Shown piece after piece: positions 19,981 through 29,055 of a DNA stretch of 64,000 bases. The DNA comes from Candidatus Latescibacterota bacterium. GTDB lineage: Bacteria; Latescibacterota; UBA2968; UBA8231. The position numbers were made by a program, and so were the translations under genes. The stretch covers positions 2,720,001 through 2,784,000 of the forward strand of contig OZ242318.1 in the NCBI GenBank assembly GCA_965208105.1, read 5' to 3'. The notes under the pieces were generated by a model. It was not told the DNA's origin, searched no databases, and saw only the letters and a list, made by a program, of their open reading frames with translations. The first letter of the stretch is position 1, and each line of letters opens with the position of its first letter.

Positions 19981-20035
19981 CTTAACCCTCTCCTTCCCCC
20001 CTCTCAGGTTAATCTCTGTAAACGTTTTGGCAGCC

Positions 20036-20668
20036 CTACAGTTTGCTTACCACGAACTCGTAAACCTCGTCGCTCAGAGCTGGTTTGCTTTCCAGCAAAG
20101 CGTCCAGCTTGGTCTGATTCTCCTTGACGAAAGCTTCGTCGTTGATCCAGCTCAGGTTGATGAGAACATTAAGAGCAGCACTGCGCAGCCCAATCTCGGC
20201 CATCAACACGGCTACCCCAGCGTCGCTGACTACGTTCGTGTTGCCCTTCTCGGCCGCGGGACGACACAAGTCCATCACCCGGATGCATGCCTCAGCTACC
20301 TGCATTGGAACGTCAGCAGCAGCCTTTAGGGCTTCCTCCATCGCCGCAGCACGGGCTGCCTTCTGCTCATTGGTTTCGCCTGGCATCTTCATCGCTTGGG
20401 AGACTTGGGTATAGGCATGGATGTCGGCCTCCAGCAGATCTGTGAGCAGACGGCGTAGTTCTTCCGACTGCTCCAGCAGGCCTGCGATGTCCTCTTGGAC
20501 ACCGGCGTACTGCTTCTTACCGGTGGTCAGATTGCAGACCATGCTGATCAGGGCAGCGCCCAGAGCTCCTGATAGAGCAGCCACGCTGCCCCCACCTGGA
20601 GTTGGTGCGGAACTTGACAGTTCATCCAGGAAGATCCTCACGGGCTTGTCGATCAATCTTTCAGTCAT
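20036..20668 (-). CDS. Cassette 2: formiminotetrahydrofolate cyclodeaminase/cyclohydrolase family protein
   Basis: LSSSAPTPGGGSVAALSGALGAALISMVCNLT, KGNTNVVSDAGV, ALNVLINL (FTCD_C family). Confidence 0.9.
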   Translation of the reverse strand: MTERLIDKPVRIFLDELSSSAPTPGGGSVAALSGALGAALISMVCNLTTGKKQYAGVQEDIAGLLEQSEELRRLLTDLLEADIHAYTQVSQAMKMPGETNEQKAARAAAMEEALKAAADVPMQVAEACIRVMDLCRPAAEKGNTNVVSDAGVAVLMAEIGLRSAALNVLINLSWINDEAFVKENQTKLDALLESKPALSDEVYEFVVSKL

Positions 20669-20732
20669 TGTGTACTCCTTCTGGCCACCTCATCAGTCTA
20701 TGATCATCGAGGGGGTAGTAGGCCACGGTTTC

Positions 20733-20822
20733 GTATAACGTCTCACAATTCACGAGGTCGCGGATGCGACTTGCCGAAGGCCAAGTGCCGAATGGCGCGC
20801 AGGGTGAATTGCTGTGTTATCG
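20733..20822 (-). repeat. attC site C
   Basis: GTATAAC..caattcac...gtgaattg..GTTATCG. Confidence 0.88.
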
Positions 20823-20890
20823 GTTGTGGATATCTGAGTACATGGTTGATACCTCTTGGCCACTGTGACATGTGGACCGCAGCGATGGCA

Positions 20891-21415
20891 CTACTTAGAT
20901 TCGGCGTCTTCAATGAGACGAAAGCCCATCTTAAGGTTCATGGATTGGGACGCACAATTCTTCGAACTAAAGCCAGTACGTATAAACCTATAACCCTGTG
21001 AGAGCGCGTAGCTTATACCCTTCCACTTCAACGTAGTGGCGATACCTTGCCGCCTATTTTGGGGTCGTACCCCGGTCATGCACTGACAGATTTCGCATGA
21101 AATCCCCTGTGATTTGATCATGTAGCTGTATCCAACATAGTTACTCTCACTTTTTGCTATGAAAATGGTGTTCCAATCATCAAATCGTTCCAGGTATTCT
21201 TCTAAGGTCCAATCAGGTTTCACATGGACGACCAGAGCAAGATCGTAGAGACAGAGAAGATGATCAGGATTCCTGCTAGCCTCCTCGGCCAAAGAGGTAA
21301 ATGAAATACCTTGGGCAAGAACTCGTTGGATAGCCGATTCGCCTTGTGACAGATCGACCGTACCCAGGTCAAGCACAGCCTCGAGTTTTGTGGGCTCAGA
21401 GTTGGTAGTGGTCAT
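20891..21415 (-). CDS. Cassette 3: GNAT acetyltransferase
   Basis: MTGVRPQNRRQGIATTLK acetyl-CoA motif; SMNLKMGF. Confidence 0.8.
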   Translation of the reverse strand: MTTTNSEPTKLEAVLDLGTVDLSQGESAIQRVLAQGISFTSLAEEASRNPDHLLCLYDLALVVHVKPDWTLEEYLERFDDWNTIFIAKSESNYVGYSYMIKSQGISCEICQCMTGVRPQNRRQGIATTLKWKGISYALSQGYRFIRTGFSSKNCASQSMNLKMGFRLIEDAESK

Positions 21416-21445
21416 ATGCTATGGTCCTCTATCCATATCCATTGC

Positions 21446-21513
21446 CGATAACGTTTTCCGTGGCCTCGAACCGCGAAGCGGTTGCGCGAAGGCCGGGCAC
21501 GGACGTGTTATGT
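21446..21513 (-). repeat. attC site D (short, 68 bp)
   Basis: CGATAAC..ccgtg...aaccgcgaagcggtt...cacgg..GTTATGT. Confidence 0.85.
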
Positions 21514-22089
21514 GACGTGGGACAACACTTTTCGCGATTTCAATGCTGCAAGTACTTGGGCCATGAGCTCCTCCAAGCTACACCACCCATCCAAAATGAG
21601 ATCGCTGTTGGCCTTGTCTCGGTAGGTATCCAAGTACGGATACCGAGCTCGCTCCAAATAGTTCGACATGTCGTCACGCAGTTTCCTCAGTTTCTCGTTG
21701 GCGGATTGGCTGCTGCTGGAACCGTAGTCCCGCAAGATGCGCCGAGCCATAGCGACGTCAAGAGGCGTGTCGACAAATACCGCTAAATCAATGAGATCAC
21801 GGAAACGAGTGTGACCGCGGCCGAATGGAAAATCCAGAACAATCTGTTTCGCAATTCCTCTTTGCACCTCAGCGACAACTGCTGCGTGCATGCCAGGACA
21901 GTCGAACTCTTCGACGTCACCACCACGTCGGCCCCACTCGTAAAAATCGTCTGGATACACGTTGGATTCGTCGAACTCATCAAACTGAAAGAGAACCGAG
22001 TCCGGCAATTCATCGTGGAGGGCAATCGACAGAGCCGTTTTGCCACCACCAGAGACAGAGTTAACCGAGATAATAAATGGCTTCGTCAT
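21508..22089 (-). CDS. Cassette 4: P-loop kinase (uridine/nucleoside kinase-like)
   Basis: SVSGGGKT Walker A, FVDTPLDVAMARRILRD; TAA stop lies within the R'' box. Confidence 0.75.
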   Translation of the reverse strand: MTKPFIISVNSVSGGGKTALSIALHDELPDSVLFQFDEFDESNVYPDDFYEWGRRGGDVEEFDCPGMHAAVVAEVQRGIAKQIVLDFPFGRGHTRFRDLIDLAVFVDTPLDVAMARRILRDYGSSSSQSANEKLRKLRDDMSNYLERARYPYLDTYRDKANSDLILDGWCSLEELMAQVLAALKSRKVLSHVT

Positions 22090-22125
22090 CGGCGGTCTAG
22101 ACAGGAAGTATTCTCAACTCATGTC

Positions 22126-22209
22126 ACATAATTTTTTCGCCGTGCCCGAACCGCGAATGCGGCTGCGCGAAGGCGCGTCAGCGCCGAAGCCGGGCATGGA
22201 CGTGTTAAC
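22126..22209 (-). repeat. attC site E (R' degenerate: ATT instead of GTT)
   Basis: ACATAAT..cgccgtgcccgaaccgcgaatgcgg...gccgggcatggacgt GTTAACT; same family as G, J, M. Confidence 0.82.
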
Positions 22210-23131
22210 TGCCGTTGCTAAGGTCCATCGACATAGCTCGGCGGATTGCAGTGGATCGAGCTGTATGACTACCACGTCCCAATTCCGTTTGGTGGAATGG
22301 TTTGGGACGAGATCCATCTATGTCTACAAAACCGTATTCCTTGGCTAATTCACCAACAATCAAGATCTGTCCGGTTTTGTTCAGGATCTCGGGATCAGCT
22401 GCCAATGCACGTATCGCTCGCCCCGTGTACTGTGGCGACTCTGTAAACAGCAACTTTTCTTTAAAGATGTACTTCATCACACCCTCGGTTCGCACATAGC
22501 CAGGCCAAAGCGAAACGCATGCTACACCATACTCCTTAAACGTAACTGCCATCTCAATCGCCAATTTATCTGTTGCCAACTTTGAAGCGAGATAGTAGAC
22601 GTCGCCCGGGCCTTCTTGTGAACTATAATTGGAAATATTGACGATCAATCCACTACCTGTATGTATCATGAGCGGTGCGGCATAGGTACTGGCGACGTAA
22701 TGTGAGCGAAGTCCTACATCGTGCGTGGCATCCCATTGTTCGATAGGGTGCTCCCAGAATGGACCTGAGTAGTACACGTCTCTGTGGGCATTCTCATACC
22801 CCGACCAAACGTTGTTCACGAGGATGTCTATATGACCTTGCTCGTCCTCAATCCGTTTGAATACGGCCTTCACCTGATCGTCTTTTCGGTGGTCGCACCG
22901 GCAGGGAATCCCCTTTCCTCCCAAACGCGATACTTCACGGGCCGTGGCGGTCAGAGACCCTTCCACAGGAACGGTCTGGTCGCCTGATTTCATGGTGCGA
23001 CCGGTGATATAGACGGTGGCTCCGGCTTCCCCCAAGGCCAAGGCCACTCCTTTGCCAACGCCTCGACTGGCCCCGGTCACTACGGCGATCTTGCCTGCTA
23101 GTGGCAGGCCGCCTGTCTGACTTTTCGGCAC
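22205..23131 (-). CDS. Cassette 5: SDR oxidoreductase (DHRS1-like)
   Basis: VTGASRGVGKG, ILVNNVW, YLASK, SLWPGYVRTE, ESPQYTGRA; stop lies in the R'' box. Confidence 0.9.
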   Translation of the reverse strand: MPKSQTGGLPLAGKIAVVTGASRGVGKGVALALGEAGATVYITGRTMKSGDQTVPVEGSLTATAREVSRLGGKGIPCRCDHRKDDQVKAVFKRIEDEQGHIDILVNNVWSGYENAHRDVYYSGPFWEHPIEQWDATHDVGLRSHYVASTYAAPLMIHTGSGLIVNISNYSSQEGPGDVYYLASKLATDKLAIEMAVTFKEYGVACVSLWPGYVRTEGVMKYIFKEKLLFTESPQYTGRAIRALAADPEILNKTGQILIVGELAKEYGFVDIDGSRPKPFHQTELGRGSHTARSTAIRRAMSMDLSNGS

Positions 23132-23207
23132 GGCTTTGCCTCCTGCTTATCAGCGTAGTGAAGTGAGAGGAGGAAGCAATAAGATTGTTTTCTCCCCATG
23201 CAATGGC

Positions 23208-23348
23208 CGTTAACGTTGTGCCGGTTTGCGAACCTGGCGCGTCCCGAAGGGCTGGCGCGAGCTTTGCCCTGCAAAGCGAGTGACAGAAGCCAGGTTGCCG
23301 AAGGCCAAGACGGCGAAGGCCGCCGCAGCGCGAAACGTGCTGTCACCC
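23208..23348 (-). repeat. attC site F (long, 141 bp; R'' degenerate GAC)
   Basis: CGTTAAC..ccggtttgcgaacctggc...gccaggttgccgaaggccaag...cgcgaaacgtgct GTCACCC. Confidence 0.75.
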
Positions 23349-23382
23349 GCTGTGCGGATAGGCTCTCCTACCAAGGTCCGGT

Positions 23383-23859
23383 TCATGGCCTTGAATGAGC
23401 AAGAGCTTGATTAGTAATTGTCTGCTGATTCCGAAGTATGAGATCCCGCTGCTCAGGCCAGAGAAAAGCTGGCAGATTCTGAATCGGGTGCCACCACATA
23501 CCAGTGTGCCATTCGCTATCCGTTGGAATGCCGTCGATCTGTTCAGTTAAAAAGAGGAAATAGTGAATGATCAACCATAAGTCTCGATTGTAGGAAAGCC
23601 GCTCAAGGACGTCTAGCCTGCCCAGGAGCCTAACCTCATCCAAGCCGGTTTCCTCATGAATCTCGCGGATCGCGGCGTCGACAACGTCCTCTCCTGACTC
23701 CACACCGCCTTTGGGTAGGACGAACTCCTCGATGGACTTCTCGCGTGCTAACGCAACAAGCACATCACCTTCGTCGATGCGGACGACAACCCCTCCGCTC
23801 GTCTGGCGCTCAGGGATTCCGGCGGGTCTTCGATACCAGGAATCGTCGATTACTGTCAT
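23383..23859 (-). CDS. Cassette 6: NUDIX hydrolase
   Basis: Nudix box LPKGGVESGEDVVDAAIREIHEETG. Confidence 0.9.
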   Translation of the reverse strand: MTVIDDSWYRRPAGIPERQTSGGVVVRIDEGDVLVALAREKSIEEFVLPKGGVESGEDVVDAAIREIHEETGLDEVRLLGRLDVLERLSYNRDLWLIIHYFLFLTEQIDGIPTDSEWHTGMWWHPIQNLPAFLWPEQRDLILRNQQTITNQALAHSRP

Positions 23860-23913
23860 CTAGTGGCTCGTTCGGAATCTCAGGAATGTTTCGATTTCCA
23901 CAGAACGCATTGC

Positions 23914-23995
23914 GGGCAACGTTCTCGCCGTGCCCGAACCGCGAATGCGGTTGCGCGAAGGGCATAGCCCGAAGCCGGGCATGGACGTGTTATAG
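23914..23995 (-). repeat. attC site G
   Basis: GGGCAAC gttctcgccgtgcccg...gccgggcatggacgt GTTATAG. Confidence 0.88.
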
Positions 23996-24039
23996 GAAAT
24001 GCCAGCTGATGCGCCGAAGTAATTCTCAGAGGATTAAGC

Positions 24040-24612
24040 CTAACCCCTAATCTGGATTTCCCAGTTCGATCTGTCCATAACATAGATCGCGCCCTCCCAC
24101 CACTTATCAGACCGGAGTAGGCACTTCTCCCTGATTTCGGCCAGCCTGAATCCAAGACGTTCAGGTGTTGCCCGACTTGCCTGGTTGACAGTCGCAGCGC
24201 AGACCGTCACTGTGCCCAAACGTAGCTCCGTAAATGCAATATCAAGTAGTGACTTGCAGCACTTGGTTATGATCCCCTTTCCTCTGTAGGATTTAAAGAG
24301 CCAGTAGCCAAGGTCCCCAGTATCTCCGACTTTGATTCCAGAAATCCGACATGTTCCAGCGACTTTCCCTCCTAGTTCGACCGCCCCTCCGAGCCGGGTG
24401 GAGGCCTTCAGGGCTTCGTTCACACGATCAATCTCCGCATGGAGGTCCGCAATGTTTTCCATCGTGTTGATCGAATGAATCCAAAATAAGTCATCTTTCT
24501 CATTTTCGATCAGGTTATATAACTTGGCAACATCAGTCTTGGAATAGGGCCTGATGCACAGCCCATCCTCGACCTGAATGGTTTGCGTGCAATCGTATGT
24601 AGTTGCGGCCAT
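24040..24612 (-). CDS. Cassette 7: RimJ/RimL-type GNAT acetyltransferase
   Basis: LGYWLFKSYRGKGIIT, NQASRATPERLGF. Confidence 0.88.
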   Translation of the reverse strand: MAATTYDCTQTIQVEDGLCIRPYSKTDVAKLYNLIENEKDDLFWIHSINTMENIADLHAEIDRVNEALKASTRLGGAVELGGKVAGTCRISGIKVGDTGDLGYWLFKSYRGKGIITKCCKSLLDIAFTELRLGTVTVCAATVNQASRATPERLGFRLAEIREKCLLRSDKWWEGAIYVMDRSNWEIQIRG

Positions 24613-24669
24613 GAGATCCCCTCAGTCAGGAGGTTTTAAAAGATCGCATATGTCCAAAATTTGGCTTTC

Positions 24670-24755
24670 CTATAACGTTTGGCCGGTTTGCGAACTTGCC
24701 GAAGGCAAGTTGGGCGAAGGGGCGAACGCCCCGAGCCGCAGACGGCCTGTTATGC
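24670..24755 (-). repeat. attC site H
   Basis: CTATAAC..ggccggtttgcg...cgcagacggcc..GTTATGC. Confidence 0.88.
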
Positions 24756-24812
24756 GGTCGTAGGGGTTCGAGGTCTCCAACCAGACGCGGGCGGCCACAT
24801 AGCATCAGTTCT

Positions 24813-25631
24813 TCACTTGTTCTTGCCCACTGTCAGGAGATGCAGGCTCACGCCCAGAAGTACTGACTCTTCTTCTATCAAGCGGAGGGCTTCCAGAATG
24901 ATCTCTTGCCGTTCTGGGTCTAACCAACGCTCGTCGAAATCCCCCAAGAGCCACGCTGGCCCTTCTAGCCCGACGGTTCTCAAATGATTAAATCCCGCTT
25001 CTTCGATTTCCTCTTGTAGTTCCTCTGGCCTGTGGAAGTATGCTGTCGTGAAATAATGGGGGTCTTCCTTCGGATTAAGGTGTTTTCCATCTCTCAAGTC
25101 TCTTTCCACAATTTCACGAAACTCTGGATCAGATAAAAAACCCCGTTTCAATCCGTCGAGAAGGGATGCGAACCGTGAAATGGCAGCACAACAAACCAAG
25201 CCACCCTTCTTTAGGACTCGGCGAGCTTCCTTGAGCGCCTGGATCCGATCCGATCGATCTGGAAGGTGATACAGCGGTCCAAGCAGGAGCACTACATCCA
25301 TCGATTCAGACTCGAAGTCAAGCTCTCTGGCGTCTCCCTGGCTGATGCTGGCAAGAAGTGGTCCGCCTTCCCGGGTCTTGGCCTGCTCCACGTGGAGGGG
25401 CACAATGTCAATCAGATGGACTTTGTACGATTCTTCTGCCAGCCAAAAGGAGTAAGCACCTGGCCCTCCTCCGACGTCCAGGATTTGAGCCGGTGGAGGC
25501 GGTAAATATCTCAGCAGAACTTCCTTCGTCCTTTCGAACTCCACACGGGAAGTTCCCTCGGCCAGGCGAGTCGCCTCGTCTTTGACAGTCTCGTAATGTC
25601 TGACCACCTTCGGATCCATCAGTTGCTCCAA
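24813..25631 (-). CDS. Cassette 8: class I SAM-dependent methyltransferase
   Basis: ILDVGGGPG motif I, GDARELDF, LLLGPLYHL, RVLKKGG. Confidence 0.9.
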   Translation of the reverse strand: MEQLMDPKVVRHYETVKDEATRLAEGTSRVEFERTKEVLLRYLPPPPAQILDVGGGPGAYSFWLAEESYKVHLIDIVPLHVEQAKTREGGPLLASISQGDARELDFESESMDVVLLLGPLYHLPDRSDRIQALKEARRVLKKGGLVCCAAISRFASLLDGLKRGFLSDPEFREIVERDLRDGKHLNPKEDPHYFTTAYFHRPEELQEEIEEAGFNHLRTVGLEGPAWLLGDFDERWLDPERQEIILEALRLIEEESVLLGVSLHLLTVGKNK

Positions 25632-25688
25632 TACTGGGCGTCTGCCCGCTACGACGATAAATTAAATGACCCTTCGAACCCCTATGCC

Positions 25689-25778
25689 GCCTAACGGTTT
25701 ACCGGTTGCCGAACCCGCGTAGCGTGTTGCCGAAGGCCAAGCGCCGAATGGCGCGCAGCGTGAATTGCTGTGTTATAC
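25689..25778 (-). repeat. attC site I (apparently chimeric)
   Basis: GCCTAAC...ttgccgaaggccaag...gtgaattgctgt GTTATAC; right half like site C, left half like site K. Confidence 0.8.
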
Positions 25779-26350
25779 GACGGCATCTTCACCAAGACCC
25801 TCGACAATGTCGGTCACAGCGAAATCTGGATGTGTCAATACAATCCACGATGGTAAACCCAATCGCTTCCATAGCGCGAAGGGATCCAAGTCTGAAATTC
25901 GGCTCACGAAAAGTGAAATCACGGTTCCATGGGCAACCGCCACCACGTTCCTTTGTGCGAATTTGCGTAGTACTTCCTCAATGGCCTGGGAAAATCTAGT
26001 GTGAGCAGCGTCCGCGGTCTCGTTGCCTAGAACCAGCTCAGTCGGCCGCGAGAAGAGATCGGCGATCGATCGAAGGTCGATTTCTCCAGAAAATCAACGC
26101 CCCGACGGTCGTGCTCATGTAACCCGTCGACCTCGTGAAGCGGCACTTCGAGAAAGGAGGCTATGATCTCCCCAGTTTGGGTGGCCTTTGGCTCGGGACT
26201 AGTGACAACTACATCTGGGTCGCATTGTGACAATCTTTTCGCAAGCGACTGAGCACGATCTCTCCCCTCGGGTGAAAGTTGCCACTCACGAGCAGGAACT
26301 GCAGATTCAATCTGAGGCAGCGAATGCTTTACCAGGGTAAGACGACTCAT
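25773..26350 (-). pseudogene. Cassette 9: histidine phosphatase family protein, frameshifted
   Basis: LVKHS..SPEPKATQT..LHEHDR in one frame; IADLF..GNETAD..VAHGTVI..GEDAVV* in another, ending TAA in the R'' box; shift at the GATC repeat ~26063-26072. Confidence 0.82.
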
Positions 26351-26381
26351 ATGTTGAAGTTCGTCTTCTCAAAAGGCTGTC

Positions 26382-26464
26382 GTATAACGTTCTCGCCGTG
26401 CCCGAACCGCGAATGCGGTTGCGCGGAGGGCGAACGCCCGAAGCCGGGCACGGACGTGTTAGCG
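26382..26464 (-). repeat. attC site J
   Basis: GTATAAC gttctcgccgtgcccg...gccgggcacggacgt GTTAGCG. Confidence 0.88.
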
Positions 26465-26526
26465 GATGGCTGCTCCGAAGTGGCCTGCCGGGATGGCAGG
26501 CCACAACACCGCTAATTCGGTGGTTC

Positions 26527-27402
26527 CTACCACCGCCTTCTGGTACGTGCCAATCCTCTCTTGGTAATACCAATACTCCCAGTCCATTCTTCTCTGTGCA
26601 GGGCGGCCAAGCTGTCTACTTCCAGTATGAGTTCCTCCAGCGCCTTGAGACCTTGATCCGGTGCATCCAGAAGGATTCGCTTTAGCCGATGAGCGAAATC
26701 AGGAGGTTTCAGATCCATCTCATCGACGATTTCGTCCAGCCTCTTGATGGGTTCCGGGACCGGCAAGTAAATCCGGTTGAGGCCCAACATCGCGCGGACC
26801 AAGCGCTTCTCAGCATCTACAATCGCGTCGTAGAGTCCGAGGATATCACCTCTTGCAAGCAGCATATCCACGTTGCTGAATAGCCGCCCAAAGTCCAAGT
26901 TTCGTTCCAGCATGACCAGAGTGAGTCCATCAGGGTATGCGTCTGCCCGTGACTTCCAATCGAAAGCCAAGCTTTGCCCTGCAACTGGGACAGAATGTTG
27001 GACGGAATACAACCTCAGCTGTGCGTCCTCGTCTGGGTCGCAACGGTTGATCACCCGATCCAGAAAGTCCTCCATTGTTGAGACCAGGAACGTGCTTGTA
27101 TGTGCGGGAAACCCCGAGAACTCCATCTGCTCTTCCCACTCAATATCGTCCTCATCCAGGCACTTGAGCTCCGCGCCACAGCTCCGGACAGAACTCACTC
27201 GCTCTTCCTCGGTAGGTGCCGCAGAGTAGTACACGTCAATCTCAATATCTGAAAACTCGTCTGCGGTACCTCTACCAACGGAACCAGCAACCATCACAAC
27301 TTCTGTCTTGGGGTTGTTCGAGTAGGCGTAGGCAATCTTCTTAGCAAGATCAAAGCGCCACTTCGTGGCAGGGTTCATGGTCGACAATATCTCGTGTGCC
27401 AT
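26527..27402 (-). CDS. Cassette 10: Pol-beta-type nucleotidyltransferase domain protein (DUF4037-like)
   Basis: GSVGRGTADEFSDIEI motif followed by a helical C-terminal domain (LNRIYLP). Confidence 0.72.
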   Translation of the reverse strand: MAHEILSTMNPATKWRFDLAKKIAYAYSNNPKTEVVMVAGSVGRGTADEFSDIEIDVYYSAAPTEEERVSSVRSCGAELKCLDEDDIEWEEQMEFSGFPAHTSTFLVSTMEDFLDRVINRCDPDEDAQLRLYSVQHSVPVAGQSLAFDWKSRADAYPDGLTLVMLERNLDFGRLFSNVDMLLARGDILGLYDAIVDAEKRLVRAMLGLNRIYLPVPEPIKRLDEIVDEMDLKPPDFAHRLKRILLDAPDQGLKALEELILEVDSLAALHREEWTGSIGITKRGLARTRRRW

Positions 27403-27446
27403 GGGCGACCAGGACGGTCGCCCGTACTCTTAGCGAGCAGCATTTC

Positions 27447-27537
27447 CGCTAACGTTTCGCCGGTTTGCGAACCCGCACAGCGGGTTGCCGAAGGCCAAGG
27501 CGCGACCAGCGCCGCAGCGCAAAACGTGCTGTTAAAC
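27447..27537 (-). repeat. attC site K
   Basis: CGCTAAC..ccggtttgcgaacccgc..gcgggttgccgaaggccaaggcgc...cgcaaaacgtgct GTTAAAC. Confidence 0.88.
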
Positions 27538-27547
27538 GACGTGCTAC

Positions 27548-28246
27548 TCACTCCCCGCAAGAAATCCCATGTTCGCCGAGGATCAAAGAGGAAACGACAC
27601 CATTGGTGCTCTTGCTTCGTTTTCGGAGCAACTTGACGTGATCCCGGTGTGGATCTTCACACTGTCCTCTATCCCATTCCACTTGGAACCTGTACCGACC
27701 TGTTTCTTTGACGAGGAAGGCTTCATGAGGTCTATGCCAAGGAAAAGGAGCTGTGGTAAGACTCTCCCTTGTGAAATTGGGTTGCGCAGCAAGCTCGACT
27801 ACGGTCCAATCTTTCACGTCTGGTGCCAGGACCAGTCTTGCTGCAGATCGCAGTGACTTAAAAGTGAAGCCATCCGCATCTCGTCGTATGCCGCTGTGTC
27901 CAGACAGGCGACCTCGATCGGCAAGGTGATACCAACGGGCGATTTTGGGTCTGCGCGGATTTCGCAGATCGTAAATAGTGATTTGGTCCATCATAAAGAC
28001 TATCAAGTAATGTCCGTAATGAGCATAGCCGTCTACGTTGAAGCCGATCTCCGTTTTTACGCTGCCAGCGACATGCAGGTCCGTAGAGTCATTGAGGATC
28101 ACGACGTTGAACTGTCTTCTAACAGGTTCGGGACCGGCGAAGGTGTCGAAAATGAAAAGATCGTCGAATGCGTAGATATCCAGATCATGATCTGCATGGA
28201 TGATACTGGGCAGGACTAGATAACCGACAAAAACCCAGCGTTTCAT
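27548..28246 (-). CDS. Cassette 11: hypothetical secreted protein
   Basis: Fills the cassette; N-terminal MKRWVFVGYLVLPSIIHA resembles a signal peptide; no family recognised. Confidence 0.65.
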   Translation of the reverse strand: MKRWVFVGYLVLPSIIHADHDLDIYAFDDLFIFDTFAGPEPVRRQFNVVILNDSTDLHVAGSVKTEIGFNVDGYAHYGHYLIVFMMDQITIYDLRNPRRPKIARWYHLADRGRLSGHSGIRRDADGFTFKSLRSAARLVLAPDVKDWTVVELAAQPNFTRESLTTAPFPWHRPHEAFLVKETGRYRFQVEWDRGQCEDPHRDHVKLLRKRSKSTNGVVSSLILGEHGISCGE

Positions 28247-28278
28247 TCACAGTCCCTTATAGTCATGTCTTGCATGTC

Positions 28279-28368
28279 GTTTAACGTTTCACGGTTTGTG
28301 AACCCGCGAAGCGGGTTGCCGAAGGCCAAGGCGCGATTGCGCCGCAGCGCAACACCGTGCTGTTGTGC
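28279..28368 (-). repeat. attC site L
   Basis: GTTTAAC..cacggtttgtgaacccgcgaagcgggtt...cgcaacaccgtg..GTTGTGC. Confidence 0.88.
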
Positions 28369-29055
28369 GACGTGAAACCATCTCTCACGCAACTGCGTTT
28401 TTCGCTATCCGAAAGATCTGACTGGAATTTTCGATGAAGAACTCGCTGAAATCGACGACGGCACGTGAACGTTCGAAACCCTCGTCGTGGAGGTAGAAAC
28501 GCACCACCTGCTGGGGCCAAAGCGCGACGACCGTCCAGGGCAGAAGCTCGCATTCTTGCGAGCATAGCCGACCACCTCCTGTTGCGTAGCATCGCAACAA
28601 ATTTTCCAAGTACTGCAGTTCAGGGACTCTTGTTGCGGACCACCGAAAATCTTCATAGTGGTCAATTGGGACTGGCCAACCGCACGCGACTCCAAGAAAA
28701 TGTGCAAGATCAAGAGTTCGCGGCGCCAATCGGGCATGGTCCCAGTCAACAATGCTTGCGACGATGTCGCCAGCAAAGCGGCAATTGAAATGGCAGTAAT
28801 CGCCGTGAATAGGCTCAGAAGATAGACCCTCCCACCGTAGCCGACTCATCTCTCGCCAAGCGATTTTCAGATGTTCTTCGAGCATGTTGATTGTTTCTAG
28901 AAGATCGGACCCGATTTGCCCTTGAGCTTCCTCTAGCCGGGTGGCGGACAACTCAAATGGATCATTCTTCCATCGTTTTCCGCCAATTTGCAAGGTTTTC
29001 GTAATTCGGTGAAGTGCACCCAGGCTCTTCGCGCAGCTGCTCACTTGTGCTGCCG

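Noticed and set aside
20733-20822. tRNA-like cloverleaf in the attC interiors
   Set aside because: No T-arm GTTCGA, D-arm or acceptor/CCA features; these are attC terminal structures.
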